From assembly GCA_951406725.2 (NCBI GenBank), contig OX597815.1, positions 128,030,001 through 128,094,000 of the forward strand: 64,000 bases of DNA, read 5' to 3'. The translations under genes and the position numbers were made by a program. Of this stretch, positions 35,831 to 49,260 are shown piece after piece. Numbering within the stretch: position 1 is the first letter of the stretch; each line of letters starts with the position of its first letter. This DNA is from Octopus vulgaris. Its lineage: Eukaryota. The notes beneath the pieces are model-generated. The model was not told the DNA's origin. It made no database searches and saw only the letters and a list, made by a program, of their open reading frames with translations.

Positions 35831-36594
35831 ACATGCGTATATATTTGAGAGTGTGTGTGTACATGTGGATAGGGGCTGGTGGCTTTGATTTGTGGATGTG
35901 TGTGTGTATAAGTGAGTGTGTGTGTCTGTAATGTGTGAGTGTGTGTGTCTGTAATGTGTGAGTGTGTGGATAATGGTGTGGATGCTGGGAAGTGGTCAGT
36001 GCTAGTGTGTGGGGATGGCATGATGTGGTGTGGTGTGATGTGTTGGAGTGTGGGGATGTGAGGGCGGGGTGTGGGGATGTGAGGGCGGGTGTGGGTTTGG
36101 GGTAGGGGTGGGGTATATGGGAGAGGGATATGTAAGGGTGAGGTGTGGATGGAGGAGGTATCGATGAAGGGAGAAGGTGGGTGAGAGTGAAGATTGGAAG
36201 TAGGTGTGAGATGAAGAGAGGAGTGGAGTTGAGCCCATGTGGGACAAAGGAACGAAGAGAGAAGATTAATTATAATGCTAAAACACTCTGCAGACTGTGA
36301 TAGTCAATAATAAGAAATAAAATTTTAAAATTTATTCCCTCTGTGTGGTCCTTTATCAAATGATCCATGGTCCCTAATTCACAGTGTTTTGCATTATTTA
36401 TATTTATTTTTCTAGGCCTGCATGGAGTAAAATGGGAATGAAACCTCTTTAACAATCGTTAAAAATGTAACTAACAGGGTTTTGTGTCTTCTTGTAGATA
36501 TTATTTTTGTAATGACATTCTGAGTATTATTTCAAATGTTGTGAGCAAGGATACATTTATCAAAAGCAAATATCTGATTCTAAATACTGAAATT

Positions 36595-37420
36595 TGTTTC
36601 CAGGTTTTGCTTCCATACCTGGAATTTCTTCTCCAATTTCACAACAGATTCTGTTAAAAGAGCAAGGTCATCAACATATAGTTGTTCCCACAGGCATTCA
36701 GTTTGAAATTCCTACTTTAAGGCCTGGAGGACTATAATGAATAAGAGAAGACTAAGAACTAAGCTCTGTGAACTCCTACTTGTACACTAAATCTGTCACT
36801 GAACTCATGGCCAACACACTCACCCTACTGGCAACACCACTATACATGGCTTCTACAGCTCTAACAAACCATTTATCTACTTCTAACTTCCTTAGAGACC
36901 ACCAGATAGCAGAGCAATGAACTCTGTCAAAAACTTTCTCCAGATCAATGAAAACCAAATACAATGGTTTACCTTTGACCAGATAATTCTGAAGCTGTCT
37001 CACCAGAAAGATAGAATCTCTGGTATTCTTCCCAGGCATAAAATCAAACTGCATCATGTAGTTTAATTTTATTCCTAATCTATTGAGCTATAACTCTCTC
37101 TGTAACTTTCATGACCTGGTCCAGCAGTTTGATACCTCTATAGTTGTTTGTATCTAAGGCATCACTTTTAACCTTGTAGCAACAATACTACTACACCAGT
37201 CATTAGGGATGACACCTTTCTGGAAAACCTGATTAACTATATGAGTGACTAGGCCATATCCTACTCCATCAGATATCTTAAGCATTTCAGCAGTGGTTCC
37301 TGATGATCCAAAAGTTTCCCCTTTCTTATCCTTAATTAGATATGAAGATATGAAGATATCAAGGATATTTTCACATCCTTAATTCCCTTATCTATCAAAT
37401 AGCTATCAACTCTGTTGGCT
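36595..37420 (-). mobile_element. Old RTE RT fragment
   Basis: MMQFDFMPGK..DLEKVFDRV..LYVDDLAL..FQVWKQ. Confidence 0.85.
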
Positions 37421-37574
37421 GGTTGTTGTTGTTTGCCATGGTCAACTTTGCCTGTCAGCCTTTCAGGGTTGATAAAACAAGCTCCAGTTCTGTACTGGAG
37501 TCAATGTAATCAACTAAACACCTCACAAAAAATTTCATGCCTTGTGCTTATAGTAGAAAGGATTATTGTTATCA

Positions 37575-40500
37575 TTTTTATTTAGTAATGTAATTTTTAT
37601 CACGTGTTTTCACTGTGCTACCAAGTGCAATTCTGTGTGCCTTGAGTATGTACTGTGATTTGTTGTGGTACTCTTGTTTTCACCGTATTGAAAGTGCTTT
37701 ATGCAGAATGTGTGCAATGCCTGGTAGTGCTATTTTCTGTATGTTATATACACTTGTGAGTCTTGATGTTTTGGTTATGTATTTGTCTGAATGTTTTTTA
37801 ATTATACCTAATGCACCTACTATTATAAGAATTGTTCCTGTTTTTAGGCTCTACATTCATGTTACCCCTATTTCCAAGTCTTTGTATTTTGAGAGTTTCC
37901 CTGCCTCTTTTAGAGATACATTGTCATCTGTTGGTGTTGATACATCAATTAGAAGGCATTTTTTTTTGTGATCTCTGCAAATATATCCAGTCTATTAGCT
38001 TCAATTTCTCTATCTGTATGTATTGGTATATCCCAGAGTATGGTTGCTTTCTCATTTTCTGAGGTGTTCCTATACCATCTTTTCTCTGTTGGCTTTCCAT
38101 AGTGTTGGCATAGTTTCCAGTGTATATAGGTCCCAACTCTGTCATATCTATGGATATATTTCTTCTTAACCAGGACTTGGCAGCCAGAGACAGAAGGATT
38201 TATTGTTTCTTCTCCATCACCACATATTCTGCAGTTATTTTTTGTATTTCTTTTCATTATGTGTTTTTGGTGATTTCTGGTGGGGAGGCTTTTGTCTTGT
38301 GCTGCAATTAAAAATTCTTTAATCCCTGCTTCGAGTCCTGAGCTTCTCAACCATTGTTGGGATTTTGTTTTGTCTATTTCTTTTCTGTTTAGCTTAACCA
38401 AATATTTCCCTTGTAGGGGCTTTTCTTGCCATTTTTTTTTTCATCTTGATACTGTGTTGTTCCAGTTTCAGTTTGGATTTCAGTTGTTTTACAGCTTTTG
38501 TTGTTTCTTCATTTTCTTCATAGTTGGCAGGTACTATGACTACTTTCATGTATTTTTCAGCTTCCTTAAAGACAGAAAACAGTTTTTTGTTTTGCTCATG
38601 TTTTGTATCAGTTTCCCTTGCTTCTGAAGAAAGTATTTTAGTAATCCTTCGGTAGTTATTTTATAATACTTTTCTACCTGTATGAGGCCTCTACCACCTT
38701 CAATACATTGTATATATAACCTTTCCGTGTCAGATTTTGAGTGGTGCATCCTAAATTCTGTCAGTATTTTTCTTGTTTCCCAGTCTATTTTCATGAGTTC
38801 ATTTAGAGTCAAAGTAAGATTATTGTAACTGTAACTTATAACTAGGCTGGCTAGTGTGTTGATATCTGTAATCTTGTTTTTCACATTTTGCTGTTTTAAG
38901 TATTAATCTAGCTCATCAACAGTATTCTCTCCTCATATTCTCTTCCAGTTGTGTGTGTTGTACTGTATCTAGTTCATTGATTCCTAAGTATTTGTATGTA
39001 TGGTTTTGGTCTAATTCTCTTATTTCATTTGCTTTATCTAGTGTGGTATTGTTACTCTTAACTAGTTTTCTTCTTTTCAAGGTTGCTTTGGCATATTTTT
39101 CTAAGCTGAATTTATGTTTATTTCTTTGGTAAATCCATGCACTGTCTGTAGTAATGTTTTGAGCTGTTTGTCATTTGCAGCATACAGTTTTTTTTGATCA
39201 TCCGTATACAAGAGATGGTTGATTGTTTTACTGTAACAGTTGTATCCACATCCAGTTCTGTTTAGCATGCAAGATAAAGGTGTCAGTGCCAGTTAGAAAA
39301 CGAGTGCAGAGAGCATGTCTCTCTGGAATATTCCTCTTCTAATGGGAATGGCTTTAGTTTTTATGCATTCCTCTTCTGTCTGGAACACTCCCTGTCATGG
39401 AATGTTTTATAGTTTTTATGATTATAGGTACTATCTTGTTTATGGCTAGTGTTTCTAGGATCCATGTGTGAGCAATATTGTCAAAATCCTTTCAATAATC
39501 GATCTAAGACAAGCTTAAACCCTTCTTTTTCTTTTGGCTGTCTTCAGTTATGGCTTTATTGATCAATAACTGCCATATGAGCTCTTGCAGCATCCCTTCT
39601 GCTCTTCTGGAACAAGTTGTTTTCTTCCAGATATTTGCCCATTCTCTGTGATATTATTGCAGTTAAGGCCTTGTAAATTGTAGAAGAGAATTTATGGGTT
39701 GGTAGTTTTGTGGGTTTGCCATTCCAGTGGATTTGGCAATTAGGATAGTTATTCCTACTGTGAGTTATTCAGGCGTTGCCTCTGGCTCTACTAGTAATTC
39801 ATTGAATTTCTAGACCAGCACCTTATATATTCCTGTTAGATATTTAACCAGAAATTGGGGATCTTGTCATGTCCAGGTGCCTTCCAGTGGCTTAGCTTTT
39901 GCAGTACCTGGGTGACTTCTTCCACTGTTATAGGCATCTAGAGTTGTTCAGATGCTGTGTTAGTTATTTCAATAGATCTTTTGTGAGGTTGTTCTTTCGC
40001 TGACCATACTTCTTTCCAAAATTCTTCCACTTCTGCTGTTGGTGCTGCATTGATCTCTATCTTATTTTTGCCAAGTTCTTAGTAGAGTCTTTGTGAATTA
40101 AAGTTGAACTGTTTGTTTTGTTCAAAGAATCATTGGTGTGTCTTGTACCAACAGATTCTTTGTGCTTTGACAAGGATATCATGCTTTAGCTATTCTTTCA
40201 TCTCAGATATACCTTGTTCTGTAATTTTGCATTTCCATAGTATTTTTCTTCTCTTCTTGTTGCTTAGTAGTATTGTTTGCCTACTAGTATCATTAAGGAT
40301 TGACAGATCTTTTCTCTTATTTTCAATTTTTTCTGGATATTATTTTTCCATAGAGTATTTTTAGATTGTGATATTCCTGTTTGGATGGGTTTGAGGGAGT
40401 ATCCAGCTTCTTTTGTGCCCACAGAAGCTGCTGCATATATTATATCATTTAACCTTTTCATATTGACAAATGTTTCTGTTTTTATTAGTTCTGTGATGGT

Positions 40501-40790
40501 CAGATTTATGTTATTAATGTTGCTGTCTTATTATCAACTTTAATTTTTGGGAGTACAGTCAGTGGTTCATACTGAGATCTGTAGCTTTTAATTCCTTAAT
40601 TATACTCATTTTTAGGGTACCATAATCATGGATTCCACCTTCACTGTTTCCAGTTTTTAGGCTTGTTCCACATTCTTTCCCATTCATATTTTTGTCTGTG
40701 GTGTTCTGGTTTGGTGCATTTTGCTCATCATAATGTATTCCTAAGGTTTGAGTTTGTTGTGCTTCATTACTTGCTTCATTTTTATGAAGT
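37575..40790 (-). mobile_element. Degenerate R4/Dong-like RLE LINE
   Basis: KAPGHDKIPNFWL, HLLYTDD, RMHHSKSDTERLY, IAAQD..CRICG..IHWKLC, LDI..CIN.PTD, C-terminal AHILHKALS. Confidence 0.88.
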
Positions 40791-40799
40791 AAGTGAGGT

Positions 40800-41080
40800 G
40801 AATTATTTAAACCCCAAAGAATTCATCCCAACACATGGCTATGATTCACCCCCCCCCACTACACCTGCTCATGATCAGAGATGCACTTATTGTCAGCCAC
40901 CAAGAGACATGCTCAACAGGTTAAGGTCAAACAACTAACAAGTAAATCTATAGTATTGAGCAGAATATTTGCTGTGGCCCGTCTTTTATACCAAGACCAA
41001 GCATGTACATAATAATACTTTCAATCAGTTGAGATCAGAAGATATGATGGCCAGTGCCTGGTACTGCATCAGAGCGTTTA
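40800..41080 (+). mobile_element. Unclassified SINE-like repeat ending in (TTA)n
   Basis: Non-coding block ending GCATCAGAGCGTTTATTATTATT; family not identifiable from this window alone. Confidence 0.35.
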
Positions 41081-41119
41081 TTATTATTATTATTATTGTT
41101 GTTATTGTTGTTGTTGTTA

Positions 41120-41497
41120 TTTTGGCTTAGCTCAGGTTTGGTCTTATTCTTGGTGGAATTTATGTGGGTAGCAGGTTACAACGTACCTATAACCTTAGGT
41201 ATCCACAAGTTTTTAACAGTCTTTCAAGTGCTTAGAACCCTCCTAATAATCTTTGCCATCCATAAAAGACAAACTTTCTGTAAGAGCTCTATTGGGCATT
41301 CTATTTCAATCTCCTTCAAACATTTGTTTATATCTTTGTTTACTATTCCCGAAATACCAATTATTATAGGCACAACCTTTACTGTTTGCATGCCCCAAAT
41401 TCTTCTTAGTTCAAATTTTAAGGAATTGTATTTTTTTGTTTTCCTTCCTCTTTCTTTACGAGCCTGGAATCAAACGGGTATGACAGATCAATAAGTA
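41120..41497 (-). mobile_element. R4/Dong-like RLE C-terminal fragment
   Basis: LIDLSYPFD..KY..LKFELRRIWGMQTVKVVPIIIG..LQKVCLL..IIRRVL, with its tail running into (TAA/CAA)n. Confidence 0.8.
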
Positions 41498-42480
41498 AGT
41501 GGGGTGTACAAAGCATCAGTGCTTTTTGTGCCTTTGGAACAGCAGAGACGACAAGCATCACTATGACCATAAAGAGTGGCTAAAGAGATGTGATTTCACT
41601 CCAGGGAGATACAATGTTAAATATATCCCTTTAGTTGACCCTCAGAAAATTTACCTTTCTCCTAGACACATTAAACTTGGCTTGTTTAAGAATTTTGTTA
41701 AGGCCATGAATGAAGATGATGAAGAATTCAAATATCTCAGTGAAAAATTTGTTTCTAGCAAGAGGGAAGCTAAGATCAAAGATGGTGTTTTTAGTGGACC
41801 AGAAATTCGCATACTAATTTGTGATGAGCTTTTACAAGAAAAATTAAGCTCAGCAGAGAAAACTGCTTGGGAAAAGTTTGTTTCTCTGTAAAAAAAATTG
41901 AGTATAATACACAGGGGATTTTTATGGGGCTGTACCTCTGAAAAACCTAAACCTTGTGTATAATACACATCCCTTCTCTAACTTGAGTCAAGGAGGTCTA
42001 TATAACGTCCTTGGTTTGTAAAACTGTATACGGTAACGTCCTTTATTATTATTGTACGTATAACATAATGCAAGCGTGTAGCTTTTTTGTGTACTTTGTT
42101 TGCATAAAATAAAGAAATAACAGTAATAACAGTAATAACGTTTAATAAATGCTGCTTACTGCAAATTATGGATGATTATTTTATGACTTCATTGCTTTCA
42201 GGCTTAGCTTAAGGTATTTTCGTGCCCGACATCACAAAATGCATCTGAATAAACATTGCCGGACAACAAATAGAGATTCAGACATTGCTTAGAAAATAAT
42301 TTTCATTTTTAACCTTGTATATAGTACGCACTAGGGATTTTGACCTTTAAATTTTGGGGAAAAAATGCAGATTATACTCGAGGATTTACAGTACTTTGCA
42401 ATTGTGAATGATTTTTTTGGAAACTTATAAACAACTTGGGGTAAAAATGTCTCTAAAAATTCATTTTCTCCATTGTAATC
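41497..42480 (+). mobile_element. Chapaev3-like (CMC) DNA transposase fragment, interrupted
   Basis: CFLCLWNSR..NVKYIPLV..HIKLGLFKNFVKAM..GVFSGPEIR..AW; resumes after the insert as YKQLGVKMSLKIHFLH. Confidence 0.7.
41886..42391. mobile_element. Tc2/pogo-like MITE inserted in the Chapaev-like fragment
   Basis: Imperfect TIRs CTGTAAAAAAAATTGAGTATAAT and rc CTGTAAATCCTCGAGTATAAT; TA on the right flank. Confidence 0.55.
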
Positions 42481-42751
42481 AGTAAATGACTAACTTTATT
42501 GTTCAGTGTAAATGAGGTCAACCCCGACATTATTGTGTTTACATTTTTTATAAAGTAGTTTATTAGTACACATTTGTCTCACAGCAACCAGGCAGAAGGA
42601 AGTAAGTTCTAAATAGGGTTTCATTAAAGTCTGGTTGGCCTAAGCCCTGTAGTCTAATCATGAGAGTCTATATTGCCACAGTGAAGGTAAATATATGTCC
42701 GTCAATTAAAAATGTGGCTATTAATTCTGTTTACAAATTTAATCAGGATTA

Positions 42752-43188
42752 ATAATTCTCCCCAGATTTGGCACAAGACCAACAATTTTGAAGGGAGAGG
42801 GATGTCGAATACCTCTACTTCAGTACTCAACCTATACTTTATTTTGTTGACATCAAAAGAATGAGAGGTAAAGTCAACTTCAGCAGCACTTGAACTCAGA
42901 AAGTAAAGAGCTAGAACTACTGTGAAGTATTTTGTTCAACACTTAAACAATTCTACCAGCACACTATTCTTGGTTTCAGATTTTGGTACAAAGCCAATAC
43001 TTTTAGGAGGAGAGACTAATTAATTACATCAATTGTAGTGTTCAACAGGTACTTATTTCATTAAGCCAAAAGGATGGAAAATAAAGTCAACCTAGGTGGA
43101 ATTTGAAATCAGAATGCAAGGAGCCAGAAGAAATACCATTATGCATTTTATCCATTATGCTAGTGGTCTAACCAGTTTGCTGCCTTAA
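42752..43188 (-). mobile_element. Head-to-tail dimer of SINE family B
   Basis: Two consecutive diverged copies (about 42752-42965 and 42970-43188). Confidence 0.7.
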
Positions 43189-43189
43189 T

Positions 43190-43270
<81 letters not shown>

Positions 43271-44716
43271 TTCTTTAGCAGTTCCAGTTGTAATTCCTTA
43301 GCAGTTCCAGTTGTTACTTATAGCTACAATGTGTTGATTCCTTAGCAGTTCCAGTTGTTACTTATAGCTACAATGTGTTGAACTGGAATATGAGTGAAGT
43401 AAAGAATATAGATAGGAAAATACGCAAGCTGCTGAGTTGTAATAGGATGCACCACCCAAAGGCAGACGTAGATCGCCTTTACCTTCCCAGAGCCCAAGGA
43501 GGTCGAGGCCTGATCCAATTTGAACTAGCTTACAAAACAACCACAATTGGACTGGCCAAATATCTCGAAATATCGAATGACTGGATGCTAAAGCTCGTGG
43601 AAAATCACGAGAGACGAAAGAAGCTTCATTCTATCATAAAGGAAAGCAAAAAATTTGCTATTGATCTCGTGCAGGATACCCAAACTGAACAACCCGAGGG
43701 AAGTACGGCAACTATTGTTGCAAAGAAGGTGAAAATGATGGCAATGAAAAAAGCGCACGAGCAATTGGCTGATAGGTGGGAGGAGAAACCTCTGCACGGC
43801 AAATATGTGACCCGCAGCAAACAAGCTGATGTTGACCAGAAGCAAACCCATCAGTGGCTATGGAGCTCAGGGCTAAAAGCAGAGAGCGAAGGTTTCATCC
43901 TGGCTGCTCAAGATCAAAGCCTATTAACTCGGAACTACCAGGCCAATGTGATGAAAAATGGAGCAGACCCAAAATGCCGATTCTGCAACGACATGATTGA
44001 AACAGCGGACCACCTAATCTCTGGATGTAAAGTCTTAGCACCAGTGGAGTATAATTTAAGACATGACAGAGTTGGCCAATATCTCCACTGGCTAATAAGT
44101 CGGCATTACAATATCAAAACTGCCGACAAGTGGTATAATCACCACCCTGAGGCTGTAACTGAAGGAGAAAATGTAACCATTCTGTGGAACTTTCCAGTAC
44201 ATACAGACCGAACCATCAAGGCTAATAAACCAGATATTGTTGTGAAAGACCAAAACAATAAAGTTTGCTTATTGATCGACATGAGCATCCCCTGTGATCA
44301 TAATATCTCAGCGAAAGAGTTTGACAAGCTCAGAAAATATAAAGACCTACTCATTGAAATTGAGAAAATGTGGCATCTCAAGGCGGTTACAATACCAGTG
44401 ATCGTAGGAGCACTAGGAATGATCAAGAAGGGAACCGAAAATTATATGAGAATGATCCCTGGCTTACCATCCCTGCAAGAAGTGCAAAAGATTGTCTTAA
44501 CTGGTACATCACACGTATTGAGAAGAGCATTGTCGATGTGAAAACTGTTGCTGCTCATGTATTTTAATTTAACTTAAAAAAAAAAATTAAAAAAAATTAA
44601 CGAACTACTGAGTTTGGTTTAATGGCCTACCAATGTATACTATGAGTTTCTTTGCCCTAGGAGTCGGGAAGACACTCGGCAAGAAATGATAGCAAATTTG
44701 AAAGAAGAAAAAAAAG
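43271..44716 (+). mobile_element. 5'-truncated young R4/Dong LINE inserted in (TAA)n
   Basis: (TAA)n on both sides (43192-43270 and from 44717); clean ORF up to its stop; short 3' UTR. Confidence 0.92.
43339..44541 (+). CDS. Truncated R4/Dong ORF: post-RT region, CCHC knuckle and restriction-like endonuclease
   Basis: SLAVPVVTYSYN..RMHHPKADVDRLY..AAQDQ..CRFC..HLISGC..RHD..KPDIVV..LIDMSIP..KY; no internal stops, no RT core. Confidence 0.85.
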   Translation, partial: SLAVPVVTYSYNVLNWNMSEVKNIDRKIRKLLSCNRMHHPKADVDRLYLPRAQGGRGLIQFELAYKTTTIGLAKYLEISNDWMLKLVENHERRKKLHSIIKESKKFAIDLVQDTQTEQPEGSTATIVAKKVKMMAMKKAHEQLADRWEEKPLHGKYVTRSKQADVDQKQTHQWLWSSGLKAESEGFILAAQDQSLLTRNYQANVMKNGADPKCRFCNDMIETADHLISGCKVLAPVEYNLRHDRVGQYLHWLISRHYNIKTADKWYNHHPEAVTEGENVTILWNFPVHTDRTIKANKPDIVVKDQNNKVCLLIDMSIPCDHNISAKEFDKLRKYKDLLIEIEKMWHLKAVTIPVIVGALGMIKKGTENYMRMIPGLPSLQEVQKIVLTGTSHVLRRALSM

Positions 44717-44841
44717 TAATAATAATAATAATAATAATAATAGTAATAATAATGATAATAATAATAATAATAATCATAATAATAATAATAATAATAATGA
44801 TAATAATATTGATTATGAAGAAGGAGAAGAAAAAGAAGAAG

Positions 44842-44873
<32 letters not shown>

Positions 44874-44952
44874 GAAGAAGAAGAAGAAGAAGAAGAAGAA
44901 GAAGAAGAAGAAGAAGAAGAAGAAGAAGAAGAAGAAGAAGAAGAAGAAGAAG

Positions 44953-44992
<40 letters not shown>

Positions 44993-45045
44993 GCAGCAGC
45001 AGCAGCAACAACAATAACAATAACAGCAAGAACAAGAAGAAGAGG
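44717..45045. repeat. Compound microsatellite (TAA)n-(GAA)n-(CAA)n-(CAG)n
   Basis: Directly visible in-phase trinucleotide tracts. Confidence 0.95.
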
Positions 45046-45285
45046 TGGCAGTGTGCAAATTTCTGGTCCACTAAAAACACCAGCCTTGATCTTAGATTAG
45101 ACATTTTGGGGGGGCAACCAGATTGAACTATCTCAAGTGTAACTGCCCGAAATGGTTGTGACTTCTGGGACTTGACTGATGAAAGAAAGCAAAGAATGTG
45201 TCCTTCTAATTGTTGTTTTTCTTGTCTGCTTTTGTATCGTCTATCTGTCCAAACGTTCTGATGCCCTCTATTGCGTTTTTGCTCC

Positions 45286-45430
<145 letters not shown>

Positions 45431-45459
45431 TGTATGTATGTATAAGTTCAATTAGAGGT

Positions 45460-45846
45460 TAGATAAGCCTCATTAAGGGATAGTAATATCCAATGAATTA
45501 CTGCTTCATTACCTAATATTTGTTGTGAATATTAATTATAATACTCATGAATAATAGGTAATTAGATAAACCAAGGTTTATATTTATTCAAGAAAAATAA
45601 GAAAATGGAGATAAATCGATAAATATATTTATTAACTTCAAAAATAAATATTATGAGATTATGTTTATTTTTACAGTTAATAGATATTTTTATTAATTGA
45701 TTTATCTCCATTTTCTTATTTTTCTTGAATAAATATAAATCTTGGTTTATCTAATTACCTATTATTCATGAATATTATAATTAATATTCACAACAAATAC
45801 TAGATAATTCATTGGATATTACTATCACTTAATGAGGCTTATCTAG
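45460..45846. repeat. Fold-back palindrome, arms about 185 bp
   Basis: TAGATAAGCCTCATTAAG..TCAAGAAAAATAAGAAAATGGAGATAAATC pairs with GATTTATCTCCATTTTCTTATTTTTCTTGA..CTTAATGAGGCTTATCTA. Confidence 0.9.
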
Positions 45847-46430
<584 letters not shown>

Positions 46431-46469
46431 TTATGATATATATACACACACACACACATGTATTTAAAA

Positions 46470-46577
46470 TAAGCTCTTTTGCTGAACTGCTAAGTTACGG
46501 GGACGTAAACACACCAGCATCGGTTGTCAAGCGATGTTGGGGGGGACAAATACAGACACACAAACATATACACACAC

Positions 46578-46665
<88 letters not shown>

Positions 46666-47393
46666 GTATATACGATGGGCTTTTTCAGTTTATGTCTACC
46701 AAATCCACTCACAAGGCTTTAGTCAGCCCGAGGCTATAGTAGAAGACACATGCCCAAGGTGCCATGCAGTGGGACTGAACCTGGAACTATGCGGTTGGGA
46801 AGCAAGCTACTTACCACACAGCCACTCCTACGCCTATAATCGACTCCAGTATTTATTTTTTTTACCTGGTGTTTGTTCTATCAGTCTCTATCACTGAACC
46901 ACTTGGCTACAAGGATGTAAACACACCAAAACCAGTTGTCAAGCAATGGTTGGGGACAAACACAGTCACAAAGACACACACACACACATGAAAGCTCCTT
47001 TCAGTTTCTGTCTAACAAATCTATTTGCAAGGCTTTGGTTGGTCCAAGGCTATAGCAGGGCATCTTTTATACTATCCTAATCACATATTATATCCAAAGT
47101 TCTGAAATAGAGCATAGGTAACACATGAAATGGAAACATCTTTGTTTTGTAAATATTTATTGCTGGTTGGAATGAATAAACGAAACAGAAAATAAAATAT
47201 TCATTAACAATAAACTGTTCAGTATCTGCATTTGTTTCTCTCAGTTATTTATTCTTTCATATAAGAGTATCATATACCTTCCACCGTCTATCAATGCTTA
47301 GCAGTTTTACATGGATTTTTAAATTGATACTAGTAAATGATAGTAGAAACTTAATTTTAATCATTATAATCGTCATATACACACACATATGTA

Positions 47394-47432
<39 letters not shown>

Positions 47433-48080
47433 ATGTGTGTACGTGTGCGCGTGTGTGTGTGTATGCATGCATGTGTGTGTGTACATACACAGGTCTTCTT
47501 TTAGGGTCCCAGAGAAATGCAACATTATGTCTTTGGCCAACAACATATGGCATTTAAAGGAGGGAACGCCAGACAGGATTAAATGGAAGCTCCTAGAACA
47601 GCCTGAACAGAAGGCGATGATGCAAACCTTGCTTGGCTGAGAAGACAAGGATCCTAAAAAATTCACTTGATCCAAAAAGTGAAGTTTTTAGTTGTGCTCA
47701 CATGAGAGAAAATTTGTATTGATGACATGGGCTTCCCCACTTGCTGACTAGTGAATGGAAAATGTACATAAAGTGACACAACTGGAGCCTGCTATAGCCT
47801 TGGGCCAACCAAAGCCTTGCAAATGGATTTGGTAGAAAGAAACTGAAAGAAGCTTTCATGTGTGTGTGTGTGTGTCTTTGTGACTGTGTTTGTCCCCAAC
47901 CACTGCTTGACAACTGGTTTTGGTGTATTTACATCTTTGTAGCCAAGTGGTTCAGTGATAGAGACTGATAGAACAAGTACCAAGTAAAAAAAATGAGTAC
48001 TGGAGTCGATTCATTCTAGACTGCTCCAGCATGATGGCAGTCTATAAAAAGCAAATAAAAGATAAAAGACAAAAAGTAAA
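46470..48080. mobile_element. SINE A cluster including an inverted pair (46838-47059 and 47788-48011)
   Basis: Young minus copy at 46470-46836; two older copies share one truncation point in opposite orientation. Confidence 0.8.
47490..47725 (+). mobile_element. Penelope-like GIY-YIG C-terminal remnant
   Basis: SFR.PEK..SLANNIWHLK..IKWKLL..CKPCL.EK pattern. Confidence 0.55.
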
Positions 48081-48083
48081 AAG

Positions 48084-48120
<37 letters not shown>

Positions 48121-48745
48121 CCATCTATTTGTATATGTGGGACTAATATAAACTGTATTTAAAATGCTAGGTTGTAAGGTGATTTATGAAAGTTTTGGCA
48201 GCTATTTTCAACATGTTGAACAACCATGTATCAGCTACCTGTTCAACAAAATTGTCAGCTACTGAAAGAAATTTCTGTCTTCCTCTCTCTATCTTATATT
48301 TTCTATTTCTTATCTTCTGAGTTGTTGATTAAACAAGCCAGTCAGCTTGTTACTTCAACAAAGTGGTTGCCTTTAGAGACCATGTGAATATTAATTTCAT
48401 AATTAGGGTGAATTATAGAAGCACATAATTGTCATTATAAGAAAAATAGTTGCTGAAATATTGGCTACTGCTGGCCAATCTAATATATGTGAGACATTAC
48501 TCTTAGTTCTTCATTATTAATTGCTGAAAGCCTGCTAAGCTTGAAGCCTGAGTGTAAATGACTAAAAATGATGAAAAAATAAAAGAAAAATGTACATGGT
48601 TGTATGGGAATATATTTGTGTATATACATATACATACTAAAAGCTTTTAGTTTCTTTGATGCAAAAAGTATAACAATGCATATGTGATAGTGCATAAAGT
48701 TTCTATCTTTTTTATTATGACACACACAGATATATTTATATCTAC

Positions 48746-48863
<118 letters not shown>

Positions 48864-49059
48864 GTGTGTGTTATGTATATATGTGTGTGTGTGTGTGTGT
48901 GAGTGCATGTGTGTGTGTATGGTTGTGTGTGTGTGTATATATATATTCATATATTCTTTTATTCTTTTAATGGTTTCAGTCACCAGACTGCAGCCATGCT
49001 AGAGCACCGCCTTAATTTTTTTATTTTAGTTTTGTTGTCTCTTTATGATTGAAAGTTAG

Positions 49060-49260
49060 TCGATGATCGAGTTTGTAGTTGCTCATGTTCACTGAGTGTA
49101 TCCTTGAATGGTTGGTTTGTCTTGTATCATCATTAAGAGTTCAACCAATGTTTCTTTTGAAAGTTTCAATAGAAGTCCCTTTTATATTTCTAATCTCTTT
49201 GGGTAAGCAGTTGAATACATGAGAAGCTCTGAATATTAAGACTGGTACAGAAGAGTGTTT
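49060..49260 (-). mobile_element. CR1/L2-like 3' remnant
   Basis: VFNCLPKEIRNIKGTSIETFKRNI. Confidence 0.55.
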
